Below are positions 33,733-42,910 of a stretch of 64,000 nucleotides of DNA, in pieces (position 1 is the first letter of the stretch; every line of letters starts with the position of its first letter). Source of the stretch: Chthoniobacteraceae bacterium (lineage in GTDB: Bacteria > Verrucomicrobiota > Verrucomicrobiia > Chthoniobacterales > Chthoniobacteraceae); contig JBBCIW010000002.1 of the NCBI GenBank assembly GCA_037189865.1, positions 226,759-290,758 of the forward strand. Reading direction: 5' to 3'. The position numbers and the translations under genes are program-made. The notes under the pieces were generated by a model, which saw only the letters and a program-made list of their open reading frames with translations, had not been told where the DNA came from and did no database searches.

Positions 33733-34197
33733 ATGACACCAGCTCCTTCCTCTGAAGTTCCCAAGCCCCATCCGCCCAGCAGCCGCACCCTGCCGCCCGG
33801 CGGCGTGATCCCGTGGGTGCGCCGCGTTAATGACCGTTGGCTCGTCCATCAGGGGCTCAACACCTCTGCCGGGCTTTACATGGATTACCTCGCCGAGCAC
33901 GACCCGGCCCGGCTGGAGACCTCCTGCCACACGGCATGGAAAATGGCCGGTACCGGGGAACCGAGCGAAGACCCCAAACCACTCTTTTACGGTGGACTCT
34001 TCTCGCTCTGCCGTCCGGAGGAGGAGGCCCGATTCCTCGCGAGCCACCTTTTTACCCTGTTGACCAATCCTCACCGTCCGCTGGAAGCCTTTGAGGCCTT
34101 GGTGACCCAACATGCCGTCACCCCTGCCGCGAGGGAAAAGGCGCTCCAGTTGCGCCAACGCATCGCGCAGGTCGCTAAAGAACCAGCGACGACCTAG
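33733..34197 (+). CDS. Hypothetical protein
   Basis: The track ORF is 33688..34197 (TTG), and the first ATG is at 33733. I recognise no motifs. Its stop shares the CTAG tetranucleotide with the stop of the convergent gene. Confidence 0.35.
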   Translation: MTPAPSSEVPKPHPPSSRTLPPGGVIPWVRRVNDRWLVHQGLNTSAGLYMDYLAEHDPARLETSCHTAWKMAGTGEPSEDPKPLFYGGLFSLCRPEEEARFLASHLFTLLTNPHRPLEAFEALVTQHAVTPAAREKALQLRQRIAQVAKEPATT

Positions 34198-36275
34198 GCG
34201 GAGGCGCACCCCCGACGGCGGGACCGCGTTCCCCAAAAACCGGCCATGCCCGCGACGCCGAGGAGAAAGACGACCGATGGCTCCGGCACCGCTTGCGGTA
34301 CGACGAGCAGACGCACGCCGTGATCATCGTACATGATCCGAAAGCCGTAGGTATTCGCCCCGTGCGTCATCGTGAAGAAGCCATCGTCGGCAGCCTGTCC
34401 GTTAATGGAAGCGAACGTACCGCTACGCAGATCGGTGCTGGTCAGTAGATGGAACTCCGTGCCGACTTCGGGCGCATAGCCGAGTTGAAGCTCCAAAAGC
34501 CCCCCTTCCATTTGCGCCGTTGTTCCGACAACATAGCGATCAAAATCAGCAGCAGCATTGAGCGAGAGGCGCCATGTGGCCCCACTTTCCAGCAGAAACG
34601 CCCCGGTCGTGGTCACGCTGCTCGCCCCGTTGCCCTCCAGCGTCGCTCCGGTGCGGACACTCAAAGCGGAGGTAGAGGTAAGGCTCCCCTCCAGACGGGT
34701 CACCCCTGCGGCAAGATCAGTCGCACCGGTATAGCGATGGGTTCCTTCCATCACTAGCGTGCCGCCGGTCGTTTTGGTCAAGGTCGCACCGGCGTTGTAC
34801 TCTCCGAGGTCGACCAGCGTCCCGCTCTCTAAGCGAAATTCGGTAAGGTTAGTGATGGAAGTGCCGCGCAGGTCGAGTCGCCCTCCGTTGAGATGGATCG
34901 AGGAGGTGACCGCGCTCTCCGCACTCCCGACGATCCCTCCGGCAACCCGCAGCGTCCCGCCGCTCAGTTCCACATGCGCTTCCACCGCCTCACTCCCGCC
35001 GACCTGCTCTCTGGAACCGAGGTGGAGCCGACCAGAGCTGGTCTCGCTCCCCTGCGTACGGATTAAGACATCCACCATTCCCCCCGTGATCTTGAGCACA
35101 CCGACGGTCTTCTCCTTCGCCGTGCCTAAGTTCTCAGCCAGATGGATCGAACCGCTAATGAAAGATCCCCCGCCGACCTCCAGCGTCCCGGTTGAAGTCG
35201 CGCTAGCTACGCTAGTCGATGTTGAGCTTTGGCCGATACGCGTAACAAAAGCATCCGCGCTCCCCTCATCCATTCGGAACGCCCCGCTCGTCCCGCCGCC
35301 GACGATTGAGGTCGCCCCCGAACCGACCACCAGCTGACCCAGAAGAGCATTCACCGCCGTCCCCCTAAGGTCGACCTCGCCCCGGACCCCTGCCCCGGCT
35401 GACGCCCCCCGAACCCCTACGTAGAGATCGGCCCGAGTCGCCCCGCCCGCCTTACCGCGAATTCTTACTGCCGCATCACTCACACCCGATGCCAGTTTCA
35501 TCGCACCAAAGCCGACATTCGCTGTCCCTGTACGCCCAATGGCAGCTCCTACCTGAATCACATCAAAGTTAAGACTACTATTGGCACCAAGCTCAAGAAG
35601 GCTACCATCTGCAAGCGCCCCAGAGGTAAAATAACCAATTTGGAGGCTCTGGGCCACCAGCGTGCTGCTTTGAGCGAGGCGCAAGGTGCCGCGTCCGTAG
35701 CCGCTCATCGCACCACCGACCTGCACAGCCGTGCCGGTCCCGTTCAGAGTGACTTGAAGGGTAGCTAACTCGGAAAGATCCAGCATCGCACCATTGCCGC
35801 CACGTCCATCGCTGGAGACGGCGAAGGTCAGGTTAGCAACCGTCGTCCCGGAGATCCGCAACTCCCCGTCGCCCTTGATCGCTACCTGATTGAGCCGTCC
35901 GCTCGAACTGGTATCAGGATTACCGGAGCGAAAAATGCCGGTCGACGGCTTCGTCCCACTGGCGATAGTCTGAAGAAGCACGGCATCAGGAATCTCAAGG
36001 ACGTGCCATTGCGTTCCCTGATTGCCAAAATAGAGGGAGTTAACCGTCGTGTTCGCATCAACCACACTACCCGTCACCGTGCGCTCGGTCATCCCATCGG
36101 CAGCAAAGCGAACATCCACTGTACTTCCCGGTGGGGTGCTATTGGCCCAGTTATCAGGATTCGACCAGTTCCTGTTATCAGGCGAAGCGCCGCTCCAGAC
36201 GGTCTGCGACGATGCCAAAGGGACAAAACAGCCAAAGGCCAAAAGACTACATAAAAGAGCAGGGGAGGTTTTCAT
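34194..36275 (-). CDS. Surface protein with PATR (autotransporter-associated beta-strand) repeats and a PEP-CTERM tail
   Basis: 693 aa. The signal peptide is MKTSPALLCSLLAFGCFVPLASSQ. It is a Gly/Thr/Ser-rich beta-helix-like repeat protein. PATR motifs include GGTLVMEGTHRYTGATDLAAGVTRLEG. The C-terminus is VPEPSVVFLLGVAGMAGFWGTRSRRRG. Confidence 0.75.
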   Translation of the reverse strand: MKTSPALLCSLLAFGCFVPLASSQTVWSGASPDNRNWSNPDNWANSTPPGSTVDVRFAADGMTERTVTGSVVDANTTVNSLYFGNQGTQWHVLEIPDAVLLQTIASGTKPSTGIFRSGNPDTSSSGRLNQVAIKGDGELRISGTTVANLTFAVSSDGRGGNGAMLDLSELATLQVTLNGTGTAVQVGGAMSGYGRGTLRLAQSSTLVAQSLQIGYFTSGALADGSLLELGANSSLNFDVIQVGAAIGRTGTANVGFGAMKLASGVSDAAVRIRGKAGGATRADLYVGVRGASAGAGVRGEVDLRGTAVNALLGQLVVGSGATSIVGGGTSGAFRMDEGSADAFVTRIGQSSTSTSVASATSTGTLEVGGGSFISGSIHLAENLGTAKEKTVGVLKITGGMVDVLIRTQGSETSSGRLHLGSREQVGGSEAVEAHVELSGGTLRVAGGIVGSAESAVTSSIHLNGGRLDLRGTSITNLTEFRLESGTLVDLGEYNAGATLTKTTGGTLVMEGTHRYTGATDLAAGVTRLEGSLTSTSALSVRTGATLEGNGASSVTTTGAFLLESGATWRLSLNAAADFDRYVVGTTAQMEGGLLELQLGYAPEVGTEFHLLTSTDLRSGTFASINGQAADDGFFTMTHGANTYGFRIMYDDHGVRLLVVPQAVPEPSVVFLLGVAGMAGFWGTRSRRRGCASA

Positions 36276-36303
36276 GAGGTAATATTGGGTTCTAAAAGGA
36301 GGG

Positions 36304-37725
36304 TTAGCTAAATCGTAAAGTGTAAAGAATCGCCTCTTGGAGATAAAAGCGGAGCTGGACCGTCCGACCGCGCAACCCGGCTAGCGAAGGAGTGGAGCGC
36401 CAATGAAGCGCCCCGCCTTCCCAAAGGCTCTCCTCCATGGAGAATCCGGGTAGAGTCGAAGCGGAATGAAAACCATCCCCCTGCGCATCGAGCAATTCTG
36501 CGCGAACCAGAGGGGTGCCGCCATCAGGGCCGACCTCCACGAAAATCTGATCACTCTCAAGGACAAAACGCCGGGTCAGCAGATAGCCCCCGTTCGACCC
36601 CGTTCCCCACCCGATAAGACGATCCTTCTCAAAGAGGGCCACTCCGGTCGCCGTCGTCCGAGACGCTCCATGGCTGTTCTGGGGCTGATCGGCACCGATA
36701 TAGTAAAGCCGTAGATGCTTCCCCTCTTCCACCAAAGCGGAAAAAGTAATCGACTCGGCATCCCAAGCCCCGGGAGACCCGTTGGGAACAGGGCATGGAC
36801 GCGTCGGAAGCCGCTGCCAGAGCAGGCCCTCCCGACTGTAGACCAGCTCGCATACTTTGGGTAGCAACGCCGGGTTATCCATCCACCCTGCAAACCCCAG
36901 AAACAGATCGTGGTAGCGAACCGCGTGAAAGGTATCGAGATCAGGCAGGCCGACTTCATCCGCCAGCGCCATCCCGTGTGGCGCGCTCCAATGCAGCCGA
37001 TCCTCACTATAGCAGCAAGCGAGCCGCCGCCGGGGATGCCCGTTGGCATACGCCCCTTCGCGCCGCATCGCCACCGTCGCCGGTCGACGGTAAAGAAACC
37101 AGCCGCCACCCTCTGCTTCCACCATGGAATAGCTACCATCACACGCTCCACGAAAAAGGACGATCGGTTGCGGTCCGAAGCACCACCGCTTCCCATCAGG
37201 AGAAGTCATCTGCACCAGACAACGTTCCCGCTCTCCGGGCGGCGTTGTCTTAACCAGAGCCACAAAGCGCTGCGCCGGATCCTGCGCCTCCTGATCCAGC
37301 CAGACCTCTTCGAGCAGGAACGTTCCATCGTCACGATGGAGAATGCGGTTGGGTGCTTCACCGCCTCCCCCGGTATCCGGAGTCGACCAACGAAGCCCGT
37401 CCCGGCTCTCCGCGTAGTAAGTTGAATAGTTGTAGCCCGTCTCTATCCCCGGCTCGATGCGATAGCGTTGATACCACCCCTTCCAGAGATCCTCTACGGG
37501 ATCATAGATCACCCGATGAAGCCCGGGGAGCGGCCCATCCTTCCCGCCAGCATCGCCAACGAGCGGCCCCAGCCGGGTCATCGGCCCGGTCTTGCGCTCC
37601 AATCCATAGTGATCCTCGACCAGATAGTCATCCACAAGGGAAAAAGTCCCGCGCCCGATTCGTAACGGTTCCCCGGCGAAGTAGCGACTCCGCCAAGGTT
37701 GGAAAAGAGGGTTAGCAGGGTTCAT
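36304..37725 (-). CDS. Hypothetical cytoplasmic-looking protein, beta-propeller glycosidase-like (tentative)
   Basis: 473 aa with no signal peptide. Recurrent W/Y-rich blade-like segments (YYAESRDGLRWS, MTSPDGKRWCFG, CYSEDRLHWSAP) are reminiscent of 5-bladed propeller glycosidases/phosphorylases. The ATGA overlap with the upstream gene is at 37722-37725. Confidence 0.45.
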   Translation of the reverse strand: MNPANPLFQPWRSRYFAGEPLRIGRGTFSLVDDYLVEDHYGLERKTGPMTRLGPLVGDAGGKDGPLPGLHRVIYDPVEDLWKGWYQRYRIEPGIETGYNYSTYYAESRDGLRWSTPDTGGGGEAPNRILHRDDGTFLLEEVWLDQEAQDPAQRFVALVKTTPPGERERCLVQMTSPDGKRWCFGPQPIVLFRGACDGSYSMVEAEGGGWFLYRRPATVAMRREGAYANGHPRRRLACCYSEDRLHWSAPHGMALADEVGLPDLDTFHAVRYHDLFLGFAGWMDNPALLPKVCELVYSREGLLWQRLPTRPCPVPNGSPGAWDAESITFSALVEEGKHLRLYYIGADQPQNSHGASRTTATGVALFEKDRLIGWGTGSNGGYLLTRRFVLESDQIFVEVGPDGGTPLVRAELLDAQGDGFHSASTLPGFSMEESLWEGGALHWRSTPSLAGLRGRTVQLRFYLQEAILYTLRFS

Positions 37726-39017
37726 GGCATCGGCGCTCCTTCCAGAACGGGCGTGCGGTCTTCACGGACCGACGCCACACTCCCCTGATGTAAGTAAGCC
37801 GCAGCGGCCTGAAGAAAGAAGATCGTCCCAAGATCCCGCAAATGATAGGGGGAGCGATCGCTCCCATCCGGTGGAAGCACTTTTTCAAGAATCGCTCCGC
37901 GCAGGTGAGGGTCGCGCGGGGAGACTAGCTGCATTTTCAAGCAAAAATCGAGCGCCTTACGGGCATAGGGAAGATACCGCTCCTCATCGAAAACCTTCGC
38001 CACTCGAAGAAAAAGAATCGCTGCACAGGCGCTGCCGCTCGTCGCGTGTCCGAAGCTCTCTGTGTTAAAGCCGACGCTGGTGTGCCTAAATAGGCCACCA
38101 TCACGGCGCAAAGCATGGCTATACCAATTTGCACTACGAAACGCTGCCTCCCGGAAGCGCTCGTCTCCTGTATGGAGCCAAGCATCGACCATCGCATTGC
38201 CCCACCAATAGGCATGGCGTGGATGAAGCTGCTCTGCCTCCAGATTGCACGGAAGATAGCGCAACCAGTTTCCCGCAGGGAATTCACTTGCCAGCAGCCG
38301 CTCGACGGTTTCAAGAAAGATCGTCTCCCACCGCTGCTCCCCGCCGCGGAGATAGCCTCGAAGGAAAGCGGCATCATCCGCGAGCGGACGACGACGCCGT
38401 TCAGAAGGGATATGACGGTAGCCGGAAACAAGCGCAAATTGCCCGCTGCTCCTATCATAGCTATTTTCAAAAAGCCCGCCACCACGATAGGCATGATCTG
38501 CCACCCAACCGAGCGCACCGAGCGCCGCCTGCTGATAGTCACTCCTCCCTGTCGCATCTCCCAAGGCGAGAAGACCACGGATTGATTCCAGAATGGCGCT
38601 GGTATTGATGGTGTCAGGCGAATCTTCGTAAGCCAGCAGCAACCCGGCGTCACGATCGCTCGCCAGTGCCACCCGATTACGCAGCAGAAATCCGCCGATC
38701 TCTTCCGCAACCCGCTGGCAAGCGAAATCCCCAGCCCACGGCGCACATTCCAACAACGCGACAGCCGCCTGTGCCGAATGCCAATAGGGACAGAAATAGC
38801 TCCACTGACCTCTGGCAGCGCTGTATTCACCACGGATCGCTCCCCGCCAATCATCGTATAGCATTCCGAGCGTCCCCTCCCCCTCTCCGGGTTGGCGCTG
38901 CCGATTGATCGCTACCTCACCCAACCAGTGGCAAGCCAAGGGAATGGCGCGCAGGAGACGCTCTTCAAGCTCCATCGGGTCGGGGCCGGGCAGAATCGAT
39001 GGTAATCCGTGATTCAT
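37722..39017 (-). CDS. Hypothetical (alpha/alpha)6-toroid-like protein (six-hairpin glycosidase / terpenoid-cyclase-like fold, tentative)
   Basis: 431 aa and helix-rich, with repeated aromatic/Gly motifs (YFCPYWHSAQAAVALL, YRGGGLFENSY, RRDGGLFRHT, SGSACAAILFL). ATGA overlaps occur at both ends. Confidence 0.45.
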   Translation of the reverse strand: MNHGLPSILPGPDPMELEERLLRAIPLACHWLGEVAINRQRQPGEGEGTLGMLYDDWRGAIRGEYSAARGQWSYFCPYWHSAQAAVALLECAPWAGDFACQRVAEEIGGFLLRNRVALASDRDAGLLLAYEDSPDTINTSAILESIRGLLALGDATGRSDYQQAALGALGWVADHAYRGGGLFENSYDRSSGQFALVSGYRHIPSERRRRPLADDAAFLRGYLRGGEQRWETIFLETVERLLASEFPAGNWLRYLPCNLEAEQLHPRHAYWWGNAMVDAWLHTGDERFREAAFRSANWYSHALRRDGGLFRHTSVGFNTESFGHATSGSACAAILFLRVAKVFDEERYLPYARKALDFCLKMQLVSPRDPHLRGAILEKVLPPDGSDRSPYHLRDLGTIFFLQAAAAYLHQGSVASVREDRTPVLEGAPMP

Positions 39018-40834
39018 TTTTTCTCCACTTTCGGCAGTTTCGGCAGTTGCACGACCGGATTGGCAGCGAGGGACGTAAAACGCTCCTCCTCATCCAGCCG
39101 GAATTGAAAAAGCCAGTTGCCGCCCGGCTCAGCAGGCATCTTCGGGTAGACCGTCAGATACGGCTGCCCCGCCTTCCCTATATAAAAGCGATACCAGCGG
39201 TTAAGGCGATCTTCCTTCTTCGCCGGAAAACGGAGCAGATGAGGAAGAGGACGATAGGTCACTTTCTCCCCGCTCGCTACCCCTTCGAGCACGTTGTCCA
39301 CCAGACGGCGCAAGACGCCATTGATCACCACCTCCCCATCCTCGCGCCGGAAGGCACCGCCGTGGACTTCCACCAGCGGCCCGTGTTGATCCCGCGAAAG
39401 ACGTGCTTCATACCCTTCAATCCACCGCGCCGCATGACTGCGCAACGGCAAGCGCCCCCGTCCATCGCTATCCCGCATTCCCATCGGATTGAAGCCGCTC
39501 CCGTGCGCATCAAACCAGAGGTCTCCGCTCGCTTTGCTACCATAGCGCTCCCCCGGGCTAAGACTGGTCCGGTGAAAGACGACGTCGATCCCTTTTGCCG
39601 AAGGAGGCGAGGTTGCCTCCACCCGATAGAGATCATTAGCCATCGCCCGGATGATCCGGGTATCGGAGACCAGAAGGTCGTCCGGCCCTGTTGCGACAAA
39701 CAACGTTTCCGCTTTGACAAAGTAGATCAACGCATTGCGGATCGGACACCCTGCCGAACGGATCAACGCCTTGCGTGCCCCCACTTTCTCCAGATAAAGC
39801 TCCCCGATGTGGATGATCCCCTCAAAGGTAAGCAGCACCTCCGGCGTGCCTTTGACGCCATCCTCACCCCAGACGGACTCAATCGCGTTGTTCGTGAAGG
39901 AAGAACCGCCACTGCGGATGAGAATGGAGCTATCCGTACGCACCGGCGATTCCTCCGGCAGGGAGAGGTGCGAGTACGTATTCTGATGAACCACCGAGGA
40001 GCCGCCGCCAACCATATAGACTGGTGCCTTCCCTGGCCCGTGGACTTCCGCCAGTTGTTTGGCAGTCGCTCCCTCCTTGGGTAGGGAAACATAGCGAAAC
40101 TCATTATTGCTGATATTGGAATAATAGAACCCATCAAGAAAGAGCAGCCCCACTCCGTAGCGAAGCGAACAGCGCACCATGTGGCACCCGCTTGTAAACT
40201 CCTCGGCCCAGACGCAATAGCGAGCCTTGCTCCCGCCATTGAAGCCGAGATCGAAGAGGTGGATCTGCCGCAGTTTGCGCTTCTTGAGGCGAAACTGAAT
40301 GAGATCCTTGAACGGTTCGCCATCGTAAACGAGCGCCGTGGTCCGTGAGTTCTGCCCTTGAAGCGTGAGGGGGCCGCTTTCGACCACCAGCGTCCGGGTC
40401 ACGCGATAGTTCCCGGCAGGAAACCAGATGGCGGTCGAAGGTGAACGACCCGCCCCTCTCCCGGTGAGCGTGGCGAGATCGAGCGCCTTTTGGATCGCTT
40501 GCGTATCATCGCTCTTTCCATCTCCCCTTGCCCCGAACCAGCGGATATTGAGCATTCCGTTCCCTTCCATGATCCGGCGCCACACCCCCTTGCCTCCCTC
40601 GGCGGCAATCACCGTGACCCCATCGACGGAGAGAGCAGAGGAGGCGCTTTGCCAATAGAATCGGCCGCCACCACCATCGCCCGGCTCGTGGTAGCCAAGA
40701 AGATCAACCACCGCCTCTGGTCTCCCCTCGTGACGGGTTAGCGAAGCAAGATCAGGAAAGGCACGGCCTGCCTCGGCATGGAGCGCGAGAGGCAAAACAG
40801 CCATCAACAGAAGATAGAGGAAACGCTGGATCAT
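39014..40834 (-). CDS. Secreted pectate-lyase-superfamily (Pectate_lyase_3-like) right-handed beta-helix protein
   Basis: The signal peptide is MIQRFLYLLLMAVLPLALHA. The hallmark NIRWFGARGDGKSDDTQAIQKALDLA is found in the rhamnogalacturonase/tailspike-like Pectate_lyase_3 family. Confidence 0.7.
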   Translation of the reverse strand: MIQRFLYLLLMAVLPLALHAEAGRAFPDLASLTRHEGRPEAVVDLLGYHEPGDGGGGRFYWQSASSALSVDGVTVIAAEGGKGVWRRIMEGNGMLNIRWFGARGDGKSDDTQAIQKALDLATLTGRGAGRSPSTAIWFPAGNYRVTRTLVVESGPLTLQGQNSRTTALVYDGEPFKDLIQFRLKKRKLRQIHLFDLGFNGGSKARYCVWAEEFTSGCHMVRCSLRYGVGLLFLDGFYYSNISNNEFRYVSLPKEGATAKQLAEVHGPGKAPVYMVGGGSSVVHQNTYSHLSLPEESPVRTDSSILIRSGGSSFTNNAIESVWGEDGVKGTPEVLLTFEGIIHIGELYLEKVGARKALIRSAGCPIRNALIYFVKAETLFVATGPDDLLVSDTRIIRAMANDLYRVEATSPPSAKGIDVVFHRTSLSPGERYGSKASGDLWFDAHGSGFNPMGMRDSDGRGRLPLRSHAARWIEGYEARLSRDQHGPLVEVHGGAFRREDGEVVINGVLRRLVDNVLEGVASGEKVTYRPLPHLLRFPAKKEDRLNRWYRFYIGKAGQPYLTVYPKMPAEPGGNWLFQFRLDEEERFTSLAANPVVQLPKLPKVEKK

Positions 40835-40836
40835 CT

Positions 40837-41583
40837 TTATTCAAAATCACCGAAAAACCGGAGCCACTCCGGCTGATTGAGATCGGAAGCATCCGGCTTG
40901 GCTACCCATTCCACATGCCCGTCATAGAAGAGAACATTCGCTCCCTGATAATGTCGCCACGCGAGGGAGTCATACTCCTTTTTGGTACGACGAAACCAGA
41001 CAGCGTCCGAATCGATCACCCACGCCGTTTTCCCCGGTTCATTCAAAGGGAAGAGGCGCCCTGCCCTGCGGCTAAAGAGCATTTGACGCGAGAGTGGACG
41101 GGCAGGAAGACCACGCGCTGCCATATCAACATTCGTCAGCGCCGCACCGTTCAGGGCGTAACCGCTCCAGGCCGATAGCCCCTGAGTCATCGCCGGGCAA
41201 CGGAAGATCAGGGCCGAGGGAGGGCGCGTCCCATCCGTCCGGGGAACCTGCGAGGGGTAGCCGGTTGCGGCGATAAACTCGTAAATTGAATCCTGCCAAA
41301 GAAAATGCCCCTTCCCCCACGGGGCGAGATCAGTGGTGTTGTCCTTGGAATACCACGGCTGCCAATTCTGGTAACAAGCAGCGTACTGACTAAGCGCCAC
41401 TCCGATCTGGCGTAGATGATGGACACAAGAAGCGTTGCGACTAGCGGACGAGACACGAGTAAGCGCCGGCAAAAGAAGAAGCAACCCCACGCAAAGCAAA
41501 CCGACGACTACCAGTAGCTCTGCCAGCGTCACAGCATATTGACCCCGGGGTTTCGGGGAGATTGAGGGGGACAACCATCGCAT
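40837..41583 (-). CDS. Prepilin-type N-terminal domain protein, DUF1559 / H-X9-DG family
   Basis: PRGQYA|VTLAELLVVVGLLCVGLLLLLPAL, then SCVHHLRQIGVALSQY, then a C-terminal HYQGANVLFYDGH (H-X9-DG). It is the first gene of the minus-strand operon. Confidence 0.75.
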   Translation of the reverse strand: MRWLSPSISPKPRGQYAVTLAELLVVVGLLCVGLLLLLPALTRVSSASRNASCVHHLRQIGVALSQYAACYQNWQPWYSKDNTTDLAPWGKGHFLWQDSIYEFIAATGYPSQVPRTDGTRPPSALIFRCPAMTQGLSAWSGYALNGAALTNVDMAARGLPARPLSRQMLFSRRAGRLFPLNEPGKTAWVIDSDAVWFRRTKKEYDSLAWRHYQGANVLFYDGHVEWVAKPDASDLNQPEWLRFFGDFE

Positions 41584-41605
41584 CGGAGAAGATCATGACA
41601 CATTT

Positions 41606-41720
41606 CATGTCTACATGCAAGAAAAACTTAAATCTTTCCAACTCAACGCCTCTAAGGCACTAATCTTCCAAAGAATCGACATAAATTCATGATTTCCACT
41701 ATGTTATAATTTGTCTACAT
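41606..41720. promoter_or_regulatory. Divergent control region: two TGTCTACAT boxes plus an extended -10 (TGTTATAAT) for the GntR-PBP gene
   Basis: CATGTCTACATG is at 41606-41617 (5-bp arms CATGT/ACATG) and lies 22 nt upstream of minus-strand ATG 41583. TGTCTACAT recurs at 41712-41720. TGTTATAAT at 41702-41710 on the plus strand is a perfect extended -10 that abuts the second box. The whole 222-bp spacer is AT-rich. Confidence 0.4.
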
Positions 41721-41805
41721 ACTTACTAACTCAGATCAGCGAAAGAGAAATCTCATTTCTTTTCATCCCTCTCTCAGTTATCGGTACACAGACAAGCCAC
41801 CTGCC

Positions 41806-42906
41806 ATGAAACCGATCTACGCCGTCATCGCCGAGACCCTTGAGAAGCGTCGCCAGTCGCTGGAGAGCTCCCTCCTACTACCGGATGAGAATGCATTGGC
41901 GGCTGAATTCTCCGTGGCGCGGGAGACGATCCGGCGCGCCCTTAAAGTGCTCGAAACCGCCGGTGCGATCACCCGCAAACGGGGGGTAGGCACCTTCCTC
42001 CACCCGCTCCAGATCAAGAGCGACGGACTACGCGGCAAACGGGTCGCCGTTGTTCCGCCATGGTGGGCGGAAAAGCCTGATTCATGGTACACTTCCGTGC
42101 TCTACGAAGGGATCACCCAATGGGCGCAGGCGCACGATTGCCAGTTTACGATCCTCCATGCCGAGCGCTTCCCGCTCCATGAGCACGATTGGCAGGAGCG
42201 CATCCGCCAGAGCAACGTCTCGGGCGTCCTCTGGATCCAGCCGCAGGAGCAGCAGATCCGCCTCGTCGAGCGGACGGCGCGGCTCTTCCCTACTGTCGTC
42301 CTCGGCCGCACGCTGCTTGGCATCGGCCTCCACCACGTCGTGCCGGACTACGAGAAAGCCGCGCTCCTCCTCGACGACTACCTTACCTCGCGGGGCGTGT
42401 CATGCTATGCTATGATCGAGAAGAACACCTTTGACCCGTTCACCCTCCGCTGGATCGAGGCGGTCCGCCATGCCCACGCCCAAAGGGGGGCTCAATTCGA
42501 CGCTGCCCGCCTCTTTTTTGACTACCAATGCTTCCAGCCCGATCAACTGGCTGATCTGGTGCTCGATTACTTCCTTAAAGCCCATCCCGATGTCAAGGGA
42601 CTGGTCTTTCCGGCGTCAGGCTGCCTCCATTGGCTCCAGCTTGACGAACGTTTTCGCCATCTTGTCTTAAACGGAATGGCACTAGTCACCACCAATTACG
42701 GCCCCTTCCCACTCGAAGCCCTCTTCCCCGGCCATACCGTCACCCACATCGAATGCGACTGGGCGCGAATGGCTTCCCGGGCGATGGATAGTCTGGCGCT
42801 TCTGGCGGAGGGAAAGCCGACGCCGGAAGTTCTTTACGATGATGTTCAGCTAATCGAGGGAAACCTTGGCGACAGCGCTGGCGAAGCGACGGTATCGGCC
42901 TCCTAA
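41806..42906 (+). CDS. GntR-family regulator with a C-terminal periplasmic-binding-protein/LacI-type sugar-binding domain
   Basis: The N-terminal wHTH is LPDENALAAEFSVARETIRRALKVLETAGAITRKRGVGTFL. The remaining 290 aa or so have the PBP type-1 alpha/beta pattern (KRVAVVPP..., GVLWIQPQ...). Confidence 0.78.
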   Translation: MKPIYAVIAETLEKRRQSLESSLLLPDENALAAEFSVARETIRRALKVLETAGAITRKRGVGTFLHPLQIKSDGLRGKRVAVVPPWWAEKPDSWYTSVLYEGITQWAQAHDCQFTILHAERFPLHEHDWQERIRQSNVSGVLWIQPQEQQIRLVERTARLFPTVVLGRTLLGIGLHHVVPDYEKAALLLDDYLTSRGVSCYAMIEKNTFDPFTLRWIEAVRHAHAQRGAQFDAARLFFDYQCFQPDQLADLVLDYFLKAHPDVKGLVFPASGCLHWLQLDERFRHLVLNGMALVTTNYGPFPLEALFPGHTVTHIECDWARMASRAMDSLALLAEGKPTPEVLYDDVQLIEGNLGDSAGEATVSAS

Positions 42907-42910
42907 AAAA

